The translations under genes and the position numbers were made by a program. Positions 47,741-53,067 of a DNA stretch of 53,067 nucleotides are shown piece after piece; the first letter of the stretch is position 1, and every line of letters begins with the position of its first letter. Source of the stretch: Atractiella rhizophila (taxonomy: Eukaryota). Under the pieces are notes generated by a model. That model ran no database searches. It was given only the letters and a program-made list of their open reading frames with translations, and was not told the DNA's origin. Where the stretch lies: the NCBI GenBank assembly GCA_021432655.1, contig MU271494.1, positions 1 through 53,067 on the forward strand, written 5' to 3'.

Positions 47741-49540
47741 CCGTTTTAAGCGGCATCCTGACCGACTGCGATCAGTCGCGATCGCCGCCAAAGGGAAACA
47801 TGATCCCTTCAGAAATGAAAATGTGCTTCCGACGGCGCGAATCACGAAGCGATGAATGAGGATTTCGAAGGAGAGAATCGGCTGTCTGCCAACGAAAACT
47901 TCCGCACGGGGACAGGCTGTCCCTGAACACAGGCTGTAGCTGCTGTCCCCGAACACGGGCTGTAGCTGTCCCTGAGCGGTCGGAACCTTAAAATAATGAC
48001 CAAACAAGGACATGGGAAGCAGTCAATTCGCACTGGATTTACCAAGATTACACATTGAGGGACTCATACTTTCTTCTACATGTTACACTGCTATCTTCGT
48101 AACAGCCTGGGACAAATGGAATTAGGAGAGAGCTAGTCTTTGAGGGTTTCACATGTTTTCCCACAGCAAACAACACACTGCTATTGGATCGTTCTGACCC
48201 AAGTGTTCACCTCTGAGCTTGCAGGAAATAAAGTGCTTTCTGATGACTGCGGGTCGTTTGTCTTTTCAACCTATTTATTAGCTTGAAGGGAAAGAATGAG
48301 GGATGCCACCGCTACACTCACATTTGTGTTCCATATCGAAGCGTTGACAGATGCAACTAAAAAGTTAATGAATCGACGCTCTTAAAGCTGTTAGCAACGC
48401 ACACTTGACCTGTGTCCTGTGTGAACAAAAAAAGGCAAGGCACAGGTTCAGAAGCAGGAAATTGAGCTTACCTCGCAACCAGAGTAAGCCATCTCTAGTT
48501 GACGGAAAGTATTCCGTGCCATACTGGTCTAATACCCGTCGATATGACCCTTCACAAAAGTGGTGAGGCGGCATTCAATTGCGATAGAACCGCCTTACCC
48601 GCAGGAAAGACTTCGAAGAAAAGTCACAATGGATTCAATGAGTTGTCAGCTGCCTACCGATCAAAATGTCCTCAGATGAAATACGTCCGTGACGATCAGT
48701 AAAATCTTCGAGAGAATACAACTTTCCCAACCCGGTTTTCCAGATATAGGCTTCGTCCCTCTCGTTCATCCTCGGGCAAAGGCGTTTCCAGAGTGCGGTC
48801 GGTTGGTAGACTGAAGCTTGTGACAGCCGCCTTTTATTCTTTGCTACCAGAAACCATCTTTGTAGTCAAACCCAGAAGGAAAATTGCACTCCGACAAACC
48901 ATAATTCATCCGTATCCATGAACTGCCTGTGACACCGTCACATGGCGTCACGATCTGTGCTCAACTGACGTTCAGCCAGGGCTCAGCGCAGGGCAAGGAG
49001 AACCCTGAAACTTACTCTGCTCCATCGATAGATTGCCGCAACAGTTTCTGTAAATTTCTACAATCTTGCCCACTGTGATGAGGGGCGAAGGATACCGTGA
49101 ATACTATTTTCGTTCCACTGCCCTGTTCAAGGTAAGGGGTTAATTTATTTCTTCATTTGAACAATGCTTAGCATGAAATAAAGGTTGAGCCACCACTGCC
49201 CACATTAGTGCAGCAATCAAGAGCATCAACAATCGTGCCCAAGGTGCAACTATCGGAAGACACCTTGTCAATACGTCGAATGACAATCCCGTTGATGGCT
49301 TCCTCTGCTTCGATTCGCCCCCCCTACACTCAAACCCACAACATGTTCATGATCGTCCTTAGGCATGGCTCGATATGCGTTAAGCAGTGAGCAATGAGCA
49401 GTGATGTAGCCATTTCTGCAGAAGAGCAGCACCAATCAAACCCAGGACGAGGTTGTCAGTAACTATTGTGAACACTTCTGCAGAACGGTCAAATGTCAAA
49501 TTGCTCTCTACCCTCAAGGCTTCTGACAAATGTGCGAGCG

Positions 49541-49650
49541 CTGCGAAGTGCGAGATAACAAATAAGTGTGTGTTGCATTTAGTATGTAAGGGAACTACAT
49601 TACCTGCGAAGTGCGAGATAACAAATAAGTGTGAGTCTCGCACTTGCAGG
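49541..49650. repeat. 30-bp direct duplication followed by an inverted half-copy (hairpin)
   Basis: ctgcgaagtgcgagataacaaataagtgtg at 49541-49570 and 49604-49633. tctcgcacttgcagg at ~49636-49650 pairs with cctgcgaagtgcgaga. Confidence 0.9.
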
Positions 49651-49807
49651 TGAAAGGCTTTTATAGCTAAGATCCCTGTGGCAAAAGAGAAGTTGCCACA
49701 GTTCCAGAACACGCTCGACGAAAGTGGAAACGTGCAAGTGCGCAAGTGGCGAAAGGAGGAGGCGTACGATTTTGTCAGCTTCCAGGAACAGCATGAAAAT
49801 GGATCCT

Positions 49808-50011
49808 TGTTGGAAATCGACGGGCTGAGGAGCGGAGCTAAGTACGACTTTTACGTTTGGCTGAGCTCTTGCAAACGCATGAGCACCAGGAAATGGAATT
49901 CTGTGTGTTTATATAGCTTACAGCAGTGGCAACTAGAAAATAGTAGAACATTCCAGAAAACTAAAGGACTTTGCCACTGAGTGGCACGAAACTAGACTGC
50001 AAAATCCAACA
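49808..50011 (-). mobile_element. Solo LTR (204 bp), same family as 37828-38033
   Basis: TGTTGGA...TCCAACA ends with flanks atcct / atccc (5-bp TSD, one mismatch). Differs from the other copy by a few substitutions and a 2-bp indel. Confidence 0.92.
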
Positions 50012-50949
50012 ATCCCAGAATCTCTTTCCATGGAATAAGGAAGCCTTCCCTCGAGACAACGATGAGAGGTATAGTTCCAGATCCCAAGGTCATGGCACAC
50101 GCCACGTAGACATCTTCCTGATGGATTCGATGTTAACCTCGACCTAGAAGAGGGACGTTGGGATAGAAGCTTTTCACCATAGTGGAACTACGATTGTTGT
50201 AGATAGTATTACTAATGTTCATCGTACTCACGTTGCATTGCACATAAATATTGTTCATTTGTTGAAGCAAAATTCTGACGACCTCCTTCACCAGTCCCAC
50301 AACACCCTCACACCTGACTGGTAGTCCGAGCAGGACGGAGTTCGTAGAAGCTATGACTTGAAGCTCTTCCGCGCCAGATCGGGCTCCGTTCTCCATACTG
50401 TATTTGCACCACACGTGGGACAGTACTGTACCCACCAATGGGACAAATTGAAAATCCATCTCTAACTTATACAACCGACTCCCAATTTCCTTCAAACTTT
50501 GCTATAACATTCTCATCGATCTTGTCTCACTTGTACCAAGCATCTAAGCTGTTGTAGCTCTTTTGAAGCAGTAGGAAGGGTAAATGTGAAGAGAGGCTCT
50601 CTGAGGGACAATTTTCTGTGTAAAGTCCGACAGAACAGCCCACCCCAGCCCAATCCTGCTACGTACTCTGTCAACTTGTCCCATTGGTGGGTCAAAGAGG
50701 TATCCTTTTTGGAGGTGAATATTTATAAGAGTATTGTTCTTATTCACTCCTTTCCACACAAAATTCAAAGATAAGATATGTGTTTCGGCATGTTCCCGCT
50801 TGAATGAAGAGAGCTGCTTCTCTCTGCCAAATTCAGGGTTGAAAAGAGGTGTCAAGGTTGTCCCATTAGTGGTGCGAATATAGTAGGAGAGCCGCATTTA
50901 CTAAGACATACAGACCATGTTTCTCTCTTGAGAGCGCAACGTTAATTCC

Positions 50950-53067
50950 ATTCGGCTACTAAGTCAACCATGTCAGGGTACTATCCAAACAAGAGCATAA
51001 AGGCAAACTTTCAGGAAACCTATCTTTTCCGTCGTTGAGGTCGTGTCGTCCTCATAATATGTTGACATCCGTTCCAAGCTTGTTGAAGAACTTTATCGAT
51101 AGCGTGGTGAAAGAGCTGCGGTGCCATGCACAAGTGGTTTCACTATGATCAAATAAACGGACAGACCGGTTGCCATGATATAGCACTTCTTAGTCTTCAT
51201 CGGATCATAGTAGGCATCAAATTTAGTAAGGCCCATAGCAACAGCATTATTCACAGTTACCTTCGTAGGATCTTGGACAATCTTCACCAAAGATTTTCGA
51301 AGGCGATAAAGTATTGGTAAACATCTCCAAGGTGTGACACCGAAGCTTGCAGGAGCATCGTTGTGTCCTTGTAATGGCTACAGAAGTGGGTGTCAGACAG
51401 AGCACCTTTATGTATAGAAGGAAATTGAATAACATACTTTAAAAACATTGGCAATATATTCACTTGCTTCCACTCTGGTTCACTAAGAGCATAAACACCG
51501 AATGTAGTGCAGTATTTTACACGAAACCTCTGCAGTGCCTATTGTTGCCAGCAATCAGTAAGAAATGAGCTCAGTTGACAAAGAAGACTACCTACATGTT
51601 GGATGGAATATGCTCTCGCTAGCACATTGTGCTCTGAATTCCATCGTGTACCATTACCCTTGAGAGGGAGGAGATTGTGCTGAGTACGACCATGGGGATA
51701 GGTTTCTCGTGACGTTTCTGAAAGTACATATCCGTTCACCAGAAGCACGAAATCATCAGACAAAGGAGTGCGGCCTATATGCTCGACATTACTCACTAGT
51801 GGCAGTCAATTTATGACGAGTGCATTCCTTGTCTCTTGCCGAGTTATCTGCCTTTCCAGGTACCAATCCCTGTGCCATTGCTGTGTCATGCACCCTTGCA
51901 TCTACGCTGTCCGCTTCATCCATTTCCACATCCAAGCTACAGACAAATACGCTGTCATCATCTTCGAACTCTACCTTATCTGATTCTATCATGTCAAGTA
52001 GACCAGATACATTGGACATGTCACAAGTATCGGGATGGGGTCCTACACCCAAAGCATGCAAAGTCGCCTTTGCTGCAAGCTTGATAGCATGGAGGATACA
52101 TCCAGCATGGGAGTCCTGAGCTTTGCCACAGACCGCCGGGAGACAAAAGGTTGGCTTCGAAAAAGGGAAGGGCAGTGAGTCCATTGGAAGCATGGTCTGA
52201 TCCAATGTTTCCTGTACAGAGTACTGCTATTAGAATCAAACAAAAGAGAAACAAAAAGAGTGTGCATGCCAATTTCTGCACCAAATTCTTGTCCGCAATT
52301 GTCTTCGAGATCTTGTGTGCAAGGAGAGGAGCTGTTGATAATCTGCTCAGAATTAAGCTTCGAAGAACTCGTTCTCGCTTCACCCAATCAGTATCGATGT
52401 AGTGAGTGATAACGGCATGGATATGGTGGAGGCTCCCAGAGCTGCTCCAGTCATCATGTTCAATGTGGACCATGCTTGTGTGCATCTGTGCACTCGGCTC
52501 AGTTTTGCTAAAATGCTGAAATAGGATGGAAGCTTTACATCAAGCTAGTCCTATACAGCCAGTTGAAGTGCATCATACAAACGGCCAGCCCACTTGCCTG
52601 CTGTTGTTGCTCCATAAAACGTGCATCCTGGCCTCAAAAGCCCCAAGACTTCCTTCAATCCCTGTTCTTCAACAATGCTTACAGCATGATCACCTAGCGG
52701 ACAATCCATTCCACCGATTTCCGGAAGAGATAATCAAGCTCAGCAGTACTCAGCATCTTGAACAAAGCGAAGGAGGATAGGTCCTCTGGTTGGATGTTCT
52801 TCCGTCGTGCAAGGACTATGGCTGGTTGAGAAGGTAGTGTGATGCCCTTTGAGCAGCGAGATCAGGGGGGACTTTCATGGAGGTGGGTATTCAGGTTCGA
52901 ATAGTTGTTACCGTGGATGTTCTGCTCTGCGCTACCAGTGCATTGTCAGACATCACTCAAGAAGAGACCATTGATATAAAGCATACCTGCAAAGCAGGCA
53001 CGTATACCTGCACTTGTTGTCCTTTGTTCCGTGTGGATAGGCAGGCGTAAAAGGATCAGGCTACATA
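50950..53067 (-). pseudogene. hAT transposase pseudogene with BED-finger-like N-terminus
   Basis: YTCLLC..SNLNTHL, SIVEEQGL, HIEHDDWSS..AVITHYIDTDW, GSDHASN, GCILHAIKLAAK, NGTRWNSEHNVLAR, LSEPEWKQV, LTKFDAYY..ALSPRY. Confidence 0.88.

Noticed and set aside
37828..50011. One 12-kb element with 205-bp terminal inverted repeats
   Set aside because: Each repeat has TG...CA ends and its own 5-bp TSD, so they are two independent solo LTRs.
1..53067. tRNA, rRNA or TET/JBP genes
   Set aside because: I recognised none by eye. tRNAscan-SE, Infernal and HMM searches would be needed to exclude them formally.

Overview
Eukaryotic DNA, almost certainly from a basidiomycete fungus and possibly Pucciniomycotina. 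This is inferred from ~50-60 nt spliceosomal introns, KDZ/CxC1 and DUF6533/DUF6534-type genes, and CpG-biased decay of repeats. The window is a transposon graveyard. It holds decayed copies of a possible Plavaka transposase, a CxC1-KDZ transposase, two CACTA/EnSpm transposases and three hAT fragments. It also holds a DIRS/Ngaro-type tyrosine-recombinase retroelement split by a pogo/Tc5 insertion (TA TSD, CAGT ends), and two solo LTRs of one family with 5-bp TSDs. An unclassified element occurs three times; it has a GGCAAACTGGTCG end, a ~161-bp subterminal satellite and an unusual transposase-like ORF. A few host genes are interspersed: a six-exon secreted cutinase/acetylxylan esterase (CE5) with the full catalytic triad, an F-box-like gene, and DUF6533- and DUF6534-type membrane protein genes. 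I found no prokaryotic system, RNA gene or true CRISPR array. The best candidates for something undescribed are the satellite-tipped element and a CRISPR-mimicking 67-bp hairpin array. All family calls come from motifs recognised by eye, not from database searches.
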